Of a stretch of 64,000 nt of DNA, positions 44,668-53,314 are shown piece by piece; positions within the stretch are counted from its first letter, which is position 1; the number at the start of each line of letters is the position of its first letter. The stretch lies in assembly GCA_040397545.1 (NCBI GenBank), contig JBBAVV010000010.1, forward strand, positions 14,797 through 78,796, read 5' to 3'. The position numbers were made by a program, and so were the translations under genes. The stretch comes from Pirellulales bacterium (GTDB lineage: Bacteria > Planctomycetota > Planctomycetia > Pirellulales > UBA1268). Below the pieces are notes generated by a model. The model saw only the letters and a program-made list of their open reading frames with translations. It did no database searches and was not told where the DNA came from.

Positions 44668-45669
44668 ATGATGGTCGTCAGTCACGACACCGCCGCGGGA
44701 ACGCGGCCGACGGCGGTTGGGGTTTCCGGCTTCGGAGCCGTTCCTCAGGCCTTGGCGCGGGTGAAAGCCTTCATCGAACCGCGGCTCGAACAGGCTCTGC
44801 AACTCTCCGGCGAGGCCGCGCCGCGGCTGCTCGAGGCGATGCGCTATTCGCTCCTCGCGCCTGGAAAGCGTCTCCGCCCGGCCCTCGTGCTCTGGGCCGC
44901 CGGGGCCTGCTCGCCGACCGGAGCCCAGGGATCCCCCCCCGAGAGCTGGGAAACAGCGGCGGGAGCTGCCGTCGCGGTGGAGATGATCCACGCCTACTCG
45001 CTCGTTCATGACGACCTGCCGGCGATGGATGACGACGATCTCCGCCGTGGTCGCCCCACCTGCCACCGGGCGTACGACGAGGCGACGGCCATCCTCTGCG
45101 GCGATGCCCTCCAGGCCCTTGCCTTCGAGACCCTCGTCGGCAGCCTTCCCGCCGCCACCGCGGCCCGCGGCTGCCGGGTGCTCGCCCAGGCGGCGGGCGC
45201 CGAGGCGCTCGTGGGGGGGCAGTCGGACGACCTGGCGGCCGAGCGGGGGTGGCTCGATCCGGCGAGCGTTCCCGAGGGACGTGCGGCGCAGGTGGCCTGG
45301 ATGGAACGGATCCATCGGCGCAAGACCGGGGCGCTGTTCCGTGCGTCGCTCGCGCTCGGCGGCCTCGCCGCGGGGGCGGACGACCGCCGCCTCGCCGCAC
45401 TCGACGGCTACGGCCGGGCGTTCGGTCTTGCCTTCCAGATCGCCGACGACCTCCTCGACACCGAGGGGAACGAGGCGACGACCGGCAAGCGCGTCGGCAA
45501 GGACGCCGAACGGGGCAAGCTCACCTACCCCACCGTCCTCGGGCCGGCCGACAGCCGCCGCCGCGCCGAGGCACTCGCCGCCGAGGCCAGCGCGATGCTC
45601 GCCGACTTGCCGTCATCGGCCGACGAACTCCGCCATCTCGCCTCCTGGATCGTGACCCGCGACCACTGA
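44668..45669 (+). CDS. ispA: Farnesyl/geranylgeranyl diphosphate synthase
   Basis: GKRLRP, HAYSLVHDDLPAMDDDDLRRGRPT, GQSDD, KTGALF, FQIADDLLD, GKD..GKLTYP. Confidence 0.93.
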   Translation: MMVVSHDTAAGTRPTAVGVSGFGAVPQALARVKAFIEPRLEQALQLSGEAAPRLLEAMRYSLLAPGKRLRPALVLWAAGACSPTGAQGSPPESWETAAGAAVAVEMIHAYSLVHDDLPAMDDDDLRRGRPTCHRAYDEATAILCGDALQALAFETLVGSLPAATAARGCRVLAQAAGAEALVGGQSDDLAAERGWLDPASVPEGRAAQVAWMERIHRRKTGALFRASLALGGLAAGADDRRLAALDGYGRAFGLAFQIADDLLDTEGNEATTGKRVGKDAERGKLTYPTVLGPADSRRRAEALAAEASAMLADLPSSADELRHLASWIVTRDH

Positions 45670-45725
45670 AGCCCGACCCATTCCCCCTTTGGCCCCCAAT
45701 GGATCCCCGAGGATCGCCCCCAATC

Positions 45726-47648
45726 ATGCCCGATATCCTGCCGTCGATCCTCTCCCCCCGCGACCTCGACGGGCTGTCGATCGAGCAACTGGAACAACTC
45801 GCCGGGGAGATGCGCCGCTCGCTCACCGAGGTGGCCGCCACCCGGACCGCTCACTTCGCCTCGAACCTCGGCGTCGTCGAGCTCTGCCTGGCCCTTCACC
45901 GCGTTTTCGACTTCAGCCGCGATCGTCTGATCTGGGACACCGGTCATCAGATCTATCCGCACAAGCTGATCACCGGCCGCTTCGCCCGCTTCGGAACGAT
46001 CCGCACCCGCGGCGGACTGATGGGCTATCCCAATCCCGAGGAGAGCCCGTACGACCTGTTCATGACCGGCCATGCCGGTTGCAGCCTGTCGACGGCGCTC
46101 GGCCTTGCCAGCGGGGACGATCTCGCCGGTCACCACGACCGGCGGAGCGTCGCGGTTATCGGGGATGGCGCCCTCCCGTCGGGAATCGTCTTCGAAGCCC
46201 TCAACAACGCCGGTTTTCTGAAGAAGCGGCTCCTCGTGATCCTCAACGACAACAGGATGTCGATCTGCCCGCGGGTCGGGGCCCTGGCCGAATACCTCGA
46301 CGTGATCCGCGAGAATCCCTGGTACCGCGGCATCAAGCATCAGGCGGGGGGGATGATCAAGGGCGTGCCGATGGTGGGCGAATCGATGGAGCGGATGCTT
46401 CACAACGTCAAGGATTCGCTCAAGGCCTCGCTCCACGGTGGCATGCTCTTCGAGACGATGGGCGTGCGCTACTTCGGCCCGGTCGAAGGGCACTCGCTGG
46501 CGAACCTGATCCGTTATCTGGAGCTCGTCAAGGATGCCGACGGTCCGGTGCTCCTCCATGTCCTGACGGAGAAGGGGCACGGCTTCAAGCCGGCCGAGGC
46601 CGACCCGGTGTTCTTCCACACCCCGGCGCCGTTCGAGTGTGACGACGACGACTGCATCGTGTCGATCAAGAAGTCGTCGGGGCGGGCGTACACCGACGTC
46701 GCCAGCGCCGCGATCGGCGCCTCCCTACGGCGCGATCCCCGCGTCACCGTGATCACCGCCGCGATGTGCCAGGGAAACAAACTCGAACCGGTGCGCGAGG
46801 AATTCCCCGAACGGTTCTTCGACGTCGGCATCTGTGAGTCGCATGCGGTGGCGTTCGCTGCCGGACAGGCCAAGGCGGGGTGCCGGCCGATCGTCGACAT
46901 CTACAGCACCTTCCTCCAACGATCCTTCGATCAGGTCTTCCAGGAGGTGGCGCTGCAGAACCTCCCGGTGACGTTCATGCTCGACCGTGCGGGGCTCACC
47001 GGCCCCGACGGCCCCACCCACCACGGGTCGTACGACCTGGGCTACATGCGGCTGTTCCCCAACATGACCGTTCTTGCCCCGGGCGACGAGCACGATCTCG
47101 TCGCCATGCTCGACTGGTCACTCCAGCAGCCGGGCCCGGTGGCGATCCGCTACCCCAAGGCCGGGGTCGAGAAACACCCCGGCCCCCGGGCCCCGATGGA
47201 GCGGGCTCGCTGCGAGATCCTGCGGCGCGGGCCCGACGGCCTGATCGTCGCCTGTGGCACGCTCCTCGGTGCGGCCCTGGCCGCCGCCGGTCGACTCGCC
47301 TCGGAGGGGATCGAGGTGACCGTCGTCAACGCCCGATTCGTCAAGCCGCTCGACCCGGCGATCCTGGAGATGATCGAGGCCAGCCCTTGGACGATCACGG
47401 TCGAGGAGAACGCACTCCCCACCGGGTTCGGTTCGGCGGTCCTCGAGGCGGTCAACGATGCCCGCCTCGCCGCCGGTCCGATCCAGCGCATGGGGCTTCC
47501 CGACCGGTTCGTGGAGCATGGCGAGCGGGGTGAATTGCTCGCCGATCTCGCCCTCGATGTCGATGGCATTGCCGCTGCCGCCCGGAAGTTGAGTGGCAGG
47601 GATTCCCTCCCGCTGGCCGGGGTGGCGATCGATGCCGCCGGCCATTGA
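45726..47648 (+). CDS. dxs: 1-deoxy-D-xylulose-5-phosphate synthase
   Basis: HFASNLGVVEL, IWDTGHQ.YPHK, TPP motif IGDGA..EALNN..ILNDN, DVGICESHA, YSTFLQR, DGPTHHG. Confidence 0.97.
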   Translation: MPDILPSILSPRDLDGLSIEQLEQLAGEMRRSLTEVAATRTAHFASNLGVVELCLALHRVFDFSRDRLIWDTGHQIYPHKLITGRFARFGTIRTRGGLMGYPNPEESPYDLFMTGHAGCSLSTALGLASGDDLAGHHDRRSVAVIGDGALPSGIVFEALNNAGFLKKRLLVILNDNRMSICPRVGALAEYLDVIRENPWYRGIKHQAGGMIKGVPMVGESMERMLHNVKDSLKASLHGGMLFETMGVRYFGPVEGHSLANLIRYLELVKDADGPVLLHVLTEKGHGFKPAEADPVFFHTPAPFECDDDDCIVSIKKSSGRAYTDVASAAIGASLRRDPRVTVITAAMCQGNKLEPVREEFPERFFDVGICESHAVAFAAGQAKAGCRPIVDIYSTFLQRSFDQVFQEVALQNLPVTFMLDRAGLTGPDGPTHHGSYDLGYMRLFPNMTVLAPGDEHDLVAMLDWSLQQPGPVAIRYPKAGVEKHPGPRAPMERARCEILRRGPDGLIVACGTLLGAALAAAGRLASEGIEVTVVNARFVKPLDPAILEMIEASPWTITVEENALPTGFGSAVLEAVNDARLAAGPIQRMGLPDRFVEHGERGELLADLALDVDGIAAAARKLSGRDSLPLAGVAIDAAGH

Positions 47649-47666
47649 GGCCCCACGGCCCGCAGC

Positions 47667-48677
47667 GTGGCCGCCCACGAACCTTCATCCCCGCCAGTCG
47701 CCCGGTCGGAGTCCTCAATGCCCCCACCGCAGCGACTCCGATCACCCTCATCGATTGACCACCTCCGGGTCGCCATCGTCGCCCCACCGGGCCTCCCCGA
47801 GGTGGCAACCGTCGCCGCCCGCGTCGGGGCGTCGCTCCAGCGCCACGGCCACATGGTGATCGATCGGCCGGCCCCGGAGGGAGATTGGGGGGAGAGTGGC
47901 TTCCATCCCCTCCCCGCCGACGACTCCGCTGGGGCGATCGATCTCGTGGTCGTCCTCGGAGGGGACGGCACGATGCTCCGCACGGCCCGATGGATGGGCT
48001 ACCGACAGGTGCCGGTGATCGGGGTCAATCTCGGGCATCTCGGATTCCTGGCCGACTTTTCCCGTGACGAGGTCGACGAGGTCCTCTCGGAGATCGCCGC
48101 CGGACGGTTCCGGCTCGTCGACCATCTCATGTTCGAGTGCGAGTTGATCCGCGACGGCGGGTCTCGCCGTCACCAACTCGGCCTCAACGAGATGTCGGTC
48201 CTCGCCGGACCTCCGTTCTCGATGATCGACATCCTTCTCCAGGTCGACGGGGAGCTCGCCACGACCTACCGGAGTGACGGGCTGATCGTGAGTACGCCGG
48301 TCGGCTCCACCGCTTACAATCTCTCGGCCGGCGGCCCCCTGGTTCGCAAGGACATCGACGCCTTCGTCTTCACTCCGCTCAATCCCCACACGCTCACCAA
48401 CCGGACGGTCGTCGATTCCGCCGCCCGCCGTTACGAAGTGTCGGTGCCACGGCCCAACGAGGGCTCGGCATGTGTCGTCGACGGCCACGTGTTCGCCCCG
48501 CTCCTGCCCGGAGACCGGCTCCGCATCCAGCGTGCGGAGCCGAGGTTCACCCTCGTCGAGACCCGGAACCACGGCTATTACCGGACGCTCCGCGAAAAAC
48601 TCCACTGGGGCGGAGGCTTGCGCGGCGCCGCCACGCCGGTGGCCGGCCCGACTACCACTCCCGATGGAGCACCCTGA
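47667..48677 (+). CDS. nadK: NAD kinase
   Basis: VLGGDGTML, GVNLGHLGFL, LNE, DGLIVSTPVGSTAYNLSAGGP. Confidence 0.95.
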   Translation: MAAHEPSSPPVARSESSMPPPQRLRSPSSIDHLRVAIVAPPGLPEVATVAARVGASLQRHGHMVIDRPAPEGDWGESGFHPLPADDSAGAIDLVVVLGGDGTMLRTARWMGYRQVPVIGVNLGHLGFLADFSRDEVDEVLSEIAAGRFRLVDHLMFECELIRDGGSRRHQLGLNEMSVLAGPPFSMIDILLQVDGELATTYRSDGLIVSTPVGSTAYNLSAGGPLVRKDIDAFVFTPLNPHTLTNRTVVDSAARRYEVSVPRPNEGSACVVDGHVFAPLLPGDRLRIQRAEPRFTLVETRNHGYYRTLREKLHWGGGLRGAATPVAGPTTTPDGAP

Positions 48678-49564
48678 TGCCCTCACCCACGCGCCGCGAC
48701 CTGATCGGCATCGGCCTGCTCGCCTGCGTCTGCGCCGGCCCGCGGGCCGCTCCCGGGATCGATCTCCCCGCGCCCCCGGTGACGCTCGAATACCGGTTCC
48801 ATCCGGACGAGGCGGTGGTGATGACCGTGGCCCACCGGGCGCGCACCGAGACGACGATCTCCGGCACCACCCAATCGACCGACACCGCCACCGACTCCCG
48901 CAAGCGCTGGCGGGTGGTCTCCGTCGACGACCAGGGAAGGGCCACGATCGAGCATTCCGTCGATCACGTGACGATGACCTCGCGGAGTAGCGACCGCGGC
49001 GAGGTGCGCTGGAGCAGCGACAGCGACGCTCCCCCTCCGCCCGGATACGAGGCGGTGCGCGGGAGTCTCGGGATACCTCTTTCGCGCGTCGTGATCGATC
49101 GTGCCGGCAGGGTGGTCTCGCGCGTCGATCTGCAGCCGACACCCCCCTCCGCGTCCGGCGATCTGATGGTTGTCCCCCTCCCCGATGGCGCGGTGGAGAT
49201 CGGTGCCGAATGGAGCGTGCCGCAGGAGATCGTCGTCGAAGTTCCCGGGGGGCCGCGTCGATCGGTCCGCACCCGGCTCCGCTACCGGTTGGAATCGGTG
49301 CGGGAGAACGTCGCCGTCATCGGCATCGATACGACGGTCCTGACGCCGATCGACGACCCGCGACTCGAATCGCGGTTGCTTGAACGGATCTGGAACGGGG
49401 AGATCGAGTTCGACATCCCCTCCGGCCGCGTCATCCGCCGTTCCACCGGCATCGATCGTCGCGTCGTCGGCTTCAGCGGACAGGAATCGAGCGTCCGCTA
49501 CCGCTCGACTCTCGAGGAAAACCTCGTCGCGGACGACATCCCGCCGCCACCGCCGGGCGAGTGA
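48677..49564 (+). CDS. Hypothetical exported protein (beta-rich)
   Basis: TRR plus hydrophobic signal-like N-terminus. ATG overlaps the nadK stop (TGATG). Confidence 0.7.
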   Translation: MPSPTRRDLIGIGLLACVCAGPRAAPGIDLPAPPVTLEYRFHPDEAVVMTVAHRARTETTISGTTQSTDTATDSRKRWRVVSVDDQGRATIEHSVDHVTMTSRSSDRGEVRWSSDSDAPPPPGYEAVRGSLGIPLSRVVIDRAGRVVSRVDLQPTPPSASGDLMVVPLPDGAVEIGAEWSVPQEIVVEVPGGPRRSVRTRLRYRLESVRENVAVIGIDTTVLTPIDDPRLESRLLERIWNGEIEFDIPSGRVIRRSTGIDRRVVGFSGQESSVRYRSTLEENLVADDIPPPPPGE

Positions 49565-49624
49565 TCGGCCCGGGGCAGCCCTCCCGGACAGCGGGCAAGG
49601 ACCGCCGCGGGCGCCAGCGGCGTC

Positions 49625-51325
49625 TCATCCGACCCGCAGATTCTCCTCGACGCGGCGGATCGCCTCTTCGATCCCCCACTCGGCGTCGGCAAGCGTCAGC
49701 CGACTCCCCGACGCGATCCATCCATCAACGGTCCGCTGGGCCGAGATCACGGTCGAATGGCTGCGGCGGCCGAAATAGGCACCGATCTCCGCGAGGGCCG
49801 CCGGCGTGTGCTTCCGGGCCAGGAACATCGCCAGCATGCGCGGATGATTGACGCGGCGGACACGGCAGGAGGACTGGAGGCTCCCCGGATCGACCCCGAG
49901 CGCCGTGCAGACGGCGCGTTCGATATCGGCGATCCGGACCGCCCGCGTGCTGGAACGGACGAGCTCGGCGAGACACTCCTCCGCCATGTCGAGCGTCACG
50001 GGGATCCCGAGCATGTGGCTGGTGGCCTCGAGACGGTTGACCGCCCCGGCGAGCTCACGGGTGTTCCGCGTCATCCGCGCGGCGACGAAGGCCACGACGT
50101 CAGGGGGAACCTGCAGGCCGCGGCGGGCGGCGAGCGATTCGACGATGCCGGCCCGGGTGGCTTCATCGGGGGGCAGGACACGGGCGCACATCCCGCCTCG
50201 CAACCGGGCCTGGAGATCGGCCCCGAGCTCCGCCAGCGACTCGACATCCCGATCACTCCCAAACACCACCTGCTTCCCGGCCCGGTGGAGCGTCTCGAGG
50301 GTGTGGAGGAGCTCCGAGATCGTGGCCTTCTTGCCGAAGAAGAATTGGATGTCGTCGATGACGAGGAGATCAGCGGCCCGAAGGGAGCGGCGGAATCCCG
50401 GCAGACCGCGACGGCCATGGAGCGATTCGAGGAACGTTGTCGTGAACTGCTCCGCCGAGAGCATGACCATCGCCGCCCGGGGGAAGCGTTCGCGAGTCCG
50501 CCGGCAGATGCCCTCGAGGAGGTGCGTCTTGCCGACACCACCGGGACCGTGGAGCACCAGCGGGCACATCGCCCCGGGCTGCTCGGCCGCCAGCACCGCC
50601 GCCGCATGCGCCATCCGATTCCCCACGCCCACGACATACTGCTCGAGTGTCAGCAACGGGCGGGCCGGATTGGCGGGGCGGCCACTTCCCTGCCCTGCTT
50701 CTCCGCCCGGGATCAGCGCCGTCCCAGACGGGACCGCTCCCCGTGGAGCGGCGGCACCAGCCCCGCTCCGATCTATCCGGCTGCCGATGCCAGCGTTCAA
50801 CTGGGCAGGCTCCCCGCCGGGCAAAGAGCCGCGCGCGGGCCGCTGGCCCCCTGATCGAGCGGTCGGGGCGCGGCGGCGGCCAGCAACCTCGCGGACCATC
50901 CCCGCATCGCCCCCAAGCGCGAGAGCATCGACCACCGGAGCACCGCTCTCGCTGGCCGAGGGTGCGGCCACGAACGGGCCCCACACCACCCGCACCGGAC
51001 CGCCCGATCGCCCTAGCACGCGCTCGACCGCGGCGGCGAAATCGTCCCGAAACGTCCGCTGGAGCCACTCGTGCGTAAAGGATGTCCCGGCGAGGACGGT
51101 CACTACCGGCTCCCCGTCGGTGCCGCGCTCCGCCAAGATCCCCAGGTTGTCACCGAACCAGACGTCGTGGCGGTCTTCCCCGATCTGTAACCGGAACTCG
51201 GCACGGATTGCGTCGTCAAGCGAGGCCTGGCCGTTCCCCTGGGCCGGCGTGCCAACCTTCCTCGCCGCCTTCTTTCCGTTGGAGAAACGTCGACGCGGTG
51301 AATTTGATTGGTTTTCTGCATCCAT
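49625..51325 (-). CDS. dnaA: Chromosomal replication initiator DnaA (probable paralog, long domain II)
   Basis: YVVGVGNRMA, PLVLHGPGGVGKTHLL, LLVIDDIQF, NTRELAGA, domain IV RMLAMFLARK..EIGAYFGRRSHSTVI. Confidence 0.9.
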   Translation of the reverse strand: MDAENQSNSPRRRFSNGKKAARKVGTPAQGNGQASLDDAIRAEFRLQIGEDRHDVWFGDNLGILAERGTDGEPVVTVLAGTSFTHEWLQRTFRDDFAAAVERVLGRSGGPVRVVWGPFVAAPSASESGAPVVDALALGGDAGMVREVAGRRRAPTARSGGQRPARGSLPGGEPAQLNAGIGSRIDRSGAGAAAPRGAVPSGTALIPGGEAGQGSGRPANPARPLLTLEQYVVGVGNRMAHAAAVLAAEQPGAMCPLVLHGPGGVGKTHLLEGICRRTRERFPRAAMVMLSAEQFTTTFLESLHGRRGLPGFRRSLRAADLLVIDDIQFFFGKKATISELLHTLETLHRAGKQVVFGSDRDVESLAELGADLQARLRGGMCARVLPPDEATRAGIVESLAARRGLQVPPDVVAFVAARMTRNTRELAGAVNRLEATSHMLGIPVTLDMAEECLAELVRSSTRAVRIADIERAVCTALGVDPGSLQSSCRVRRVNHPRMLAMFLARKHTPAALAEIGAYFGRRSHSTVISAQRTVDGWIASGSRLTLADAEWGIEEAIRRVEENLRVG

Positions 51326-51357
51326 CCTTGGACCGCCTTCGCGACATCGTGGGCGCG

Positions 51358-51398
51358 AGTATAGGGGTGCAAGCAATGCTGTCAATTCATGCTGTCAA
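51358..51398 (-). promoter_or_regulatory. sigma70-type promoter of dnaA with tandem-duplicated -35 element
   Basis: Minus strand TTGACA (51385-51380), 16-nt spacer, TATACT (51363-51358). A second TTGACAGCAT copy lies at 51398-51389. Confidence 0.7.
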
Positions 51399-51524
51399 AC
51401 CCTGTTCGCTCCGTAAGGAAGACTGTTCTCCTCCCCTTCTCTTCCCCGGAACCGCTCGGCATGCGGCGGCGTGGAGGTCGATCCGGCACTCTTCTCCCGG
51501 CCGGCGAGCGCCGAACGAGAAGGC

Positions 51525-52337
51525 TTACGCCGCGGCGCTGGAGAGGCGCGCCGCGGCGGGGAGCACGCGCTCGAGCTCGGCTTCGAGCGGCACCCCGCGT
51601 GGCCCCGGCAGCGCGGCAGCCCACGCCGCCACCCGTGAAGGCTCGGGGCGCGCGGCGCGATCCCCTGCGCGGGTCAGCCCCGAGCGCGCCCAGCGCTCGG
51701 CGTCGTCGGAGAGCCTCACGAGGATCCGCTCGATGCCCACCCGGTGTCGCTCGATCCCGTCACGGTCGAGGCCCGGTGGGACATGGATCGCCCGGCTGAT
51801 GATGGCCCGGGCGTGCGACCAGGGGCGAGGCACGGCGAAACGATCCCAGGTCTTCATTCGCCAGGGGCGGTCATAGCCCAATCCCATCGCGACGATCGGG
51901 ATACCGAGCGTACCGGCCAGGAACACGCAGCCCGGCGCCAGCCGGCGACGGGGGCCGCGGGGCCCATCCGGCGTAATCGTCAGATTGCTGCTCCTCGCAC
52001 GGGAGACGAGCTCCCGCAGCGCCGCCGATCCCCCGTGGAACGAGCTGCCACGGACGGTGCCGAATCCCATCATCCGCGCCACGCGCTCGAGGATGTTGGC
52101 GTCCCAGTGGCGCGAGAGGAGCATCGAGATGTTCGAATGCCCGCGGAGATGGAGCGGGAGGAGAATCCCCTCGTGCCAGAAGACGTAGATCTTCGCCCCG
52201 CGGTAGTCAGGATGGACAGGATCGACCGTCGGGTCACTGAAGTCGACCCGGTAGTCGAGGGTCCCCATCCAGCGGCCGATGACCGCGGCAGCTGCCAGCG
52301 ACGAGGCCCCGATGGCCAATGGCGAGGTGATCTTCAC
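51525..52337 (-). CDS. DUF374 / lysophospholipid acyltransferase family protein
   Basis: IYVFWHE, LLSRHWDA, TVRGSS, ITPDGPRGP, WDRFAVPRP. GTG start with a purine-rich RBS. Confidence 0.85.
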   Translation of the reverse strand: MKITSPLAIGASSLAAAAVIGRWMGTLDYRVDFSDPTVDPVHPDYRGAKIYVFWHEGILLPLHLRGHSNISMLLSRHWDANILERVARMMGFGTVRGSSFHGGSAALRELVSRARSSNLTITPDGPRGPRRRLAPGCVFLAGTLGIPIVAMGLGYDRPWRMKTWDRFAVPRPWSHARAIISRAIHVPPGLDRDGIERHRVGIERILVRLSDDAERWARSGLTRAGDRAARPEPSRVAAWAAALPGPRGVPLEAELERVLPAAARLSSAAA

Positions 52338-52432
52338 GCTCGGAATCCCTTCCTGATATCTCTTTGGGGCCGCGTACTCCGCCGCGTCCTCCACCCACAA
52401 AGAGTGTTGTCGGCATCCGATCCGGGCCGACT

Positions 52433-53314
52433 TCACGCCTCCGACCAGACCCCCTCGAACACCTCCTCGGCCGGGCCCGTCATGAAGACATGACCCCCCG
52501 GCGTCCACTCCAAGTCGAGATCGCCCCCCGGCAAACCGGCTCTGATCCGTTCTCCGGTGCGGCCACCGAGGACGCCCGCCACGCACACGGCCGAGGCCCC
52601 GGTGCCGCAGGCCTGCGTGATCCCGCTCCCGCGCTCCCAAGTGCGCATCCGGACGCGGTCAGGCGCGAGCACTTCAACGACGTGGACGTTGACGCGGGCG
52701 GGGAAGATCGGATCGGTCTCGATCCGCGCACCGAAAACCTCGAGGGGCACAGCGGCGACATCACGGCACCAGAAGACGACGTGGGGATTCCCCATCGACA
52801 CGCAGGTCATCCGCGGATCGAGGCCGGCGATTTCCCACCACGGCTCCGGGAAGGGGAGCGCCGAACAGGGCGCGTCGACGACGCATTCACCCGGATGGTC
52901 GACAGGGATCCGTGCCGGCCCGAGGATCGGCTCCCCCATGTCGACACGGACACGCGACGACCGCCGGCCGGTGGGATCGACGACGAGATCGAGCACCCCG
53001 CGTCCGGTCTCGATCCGCACCGGCCCGGCCGGCACATGACCGCGCGAGACGACGAGGTGGGCGACACACCGCACGCCGTTGCCGCACATCTCCGACTCAC
53101 TCCCGTCGGCATTGAACATCCGCATCCGTGCGGCGGCCACGGCCGAGCGTTCGACGAGAATCAGACCGTCCCCGCCCACCCCGCGGTGCCGATCGGAGAT
53201 CCGCCGGGCGAGCGCCGGCGGATCGGCGGGAACCGACACGGCGAAGCCGTCGATGTAGACGTAGTCGTTGCCGAGGCCGTGCATCTTCACGAAGGGGAGT
53301 GGCGCGGGCGTCAT
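52433..53314 (-). CDS. dapF: Diaminopimelate epimerase
   Basis: FVKMHGLGNDY, GVGGDG, NADGSESEMCGNG, SMGNPH, WERGSGITQACGTG. Confidence 0.97.
   Translation of the reverse strand: MTPAPLPFVKMHGLGNDYVYIDGFAVSVPADPPALARRISDRHRGVGGDGLILVERSAVAAARMRMFNADGSESEMCGNGVRCVAHLVVSRGHVPAGPVRIETGRGVLDLVVDPTGRRSSRVRVDMGEPILGPARIPVDHPGECVVDAPCSALPFPEPWWEIAGLDPRMTCVSMGNPHVVFWCRDVAAVPLEVFGARIETDPIFPARVNVHVVEVLAPDRVRMRTWERGSGITQACGTGASAVCVAGVLGGRTGERIRAGLPGGDLDLEWTPGGHVFMTGPAEEVFEGVWSEA

Noticed and set aside
51326-51524. oriC next to dnaA
   Set aside because: No DnaA boxes, no AT-rich unwinding element and no dnaN.
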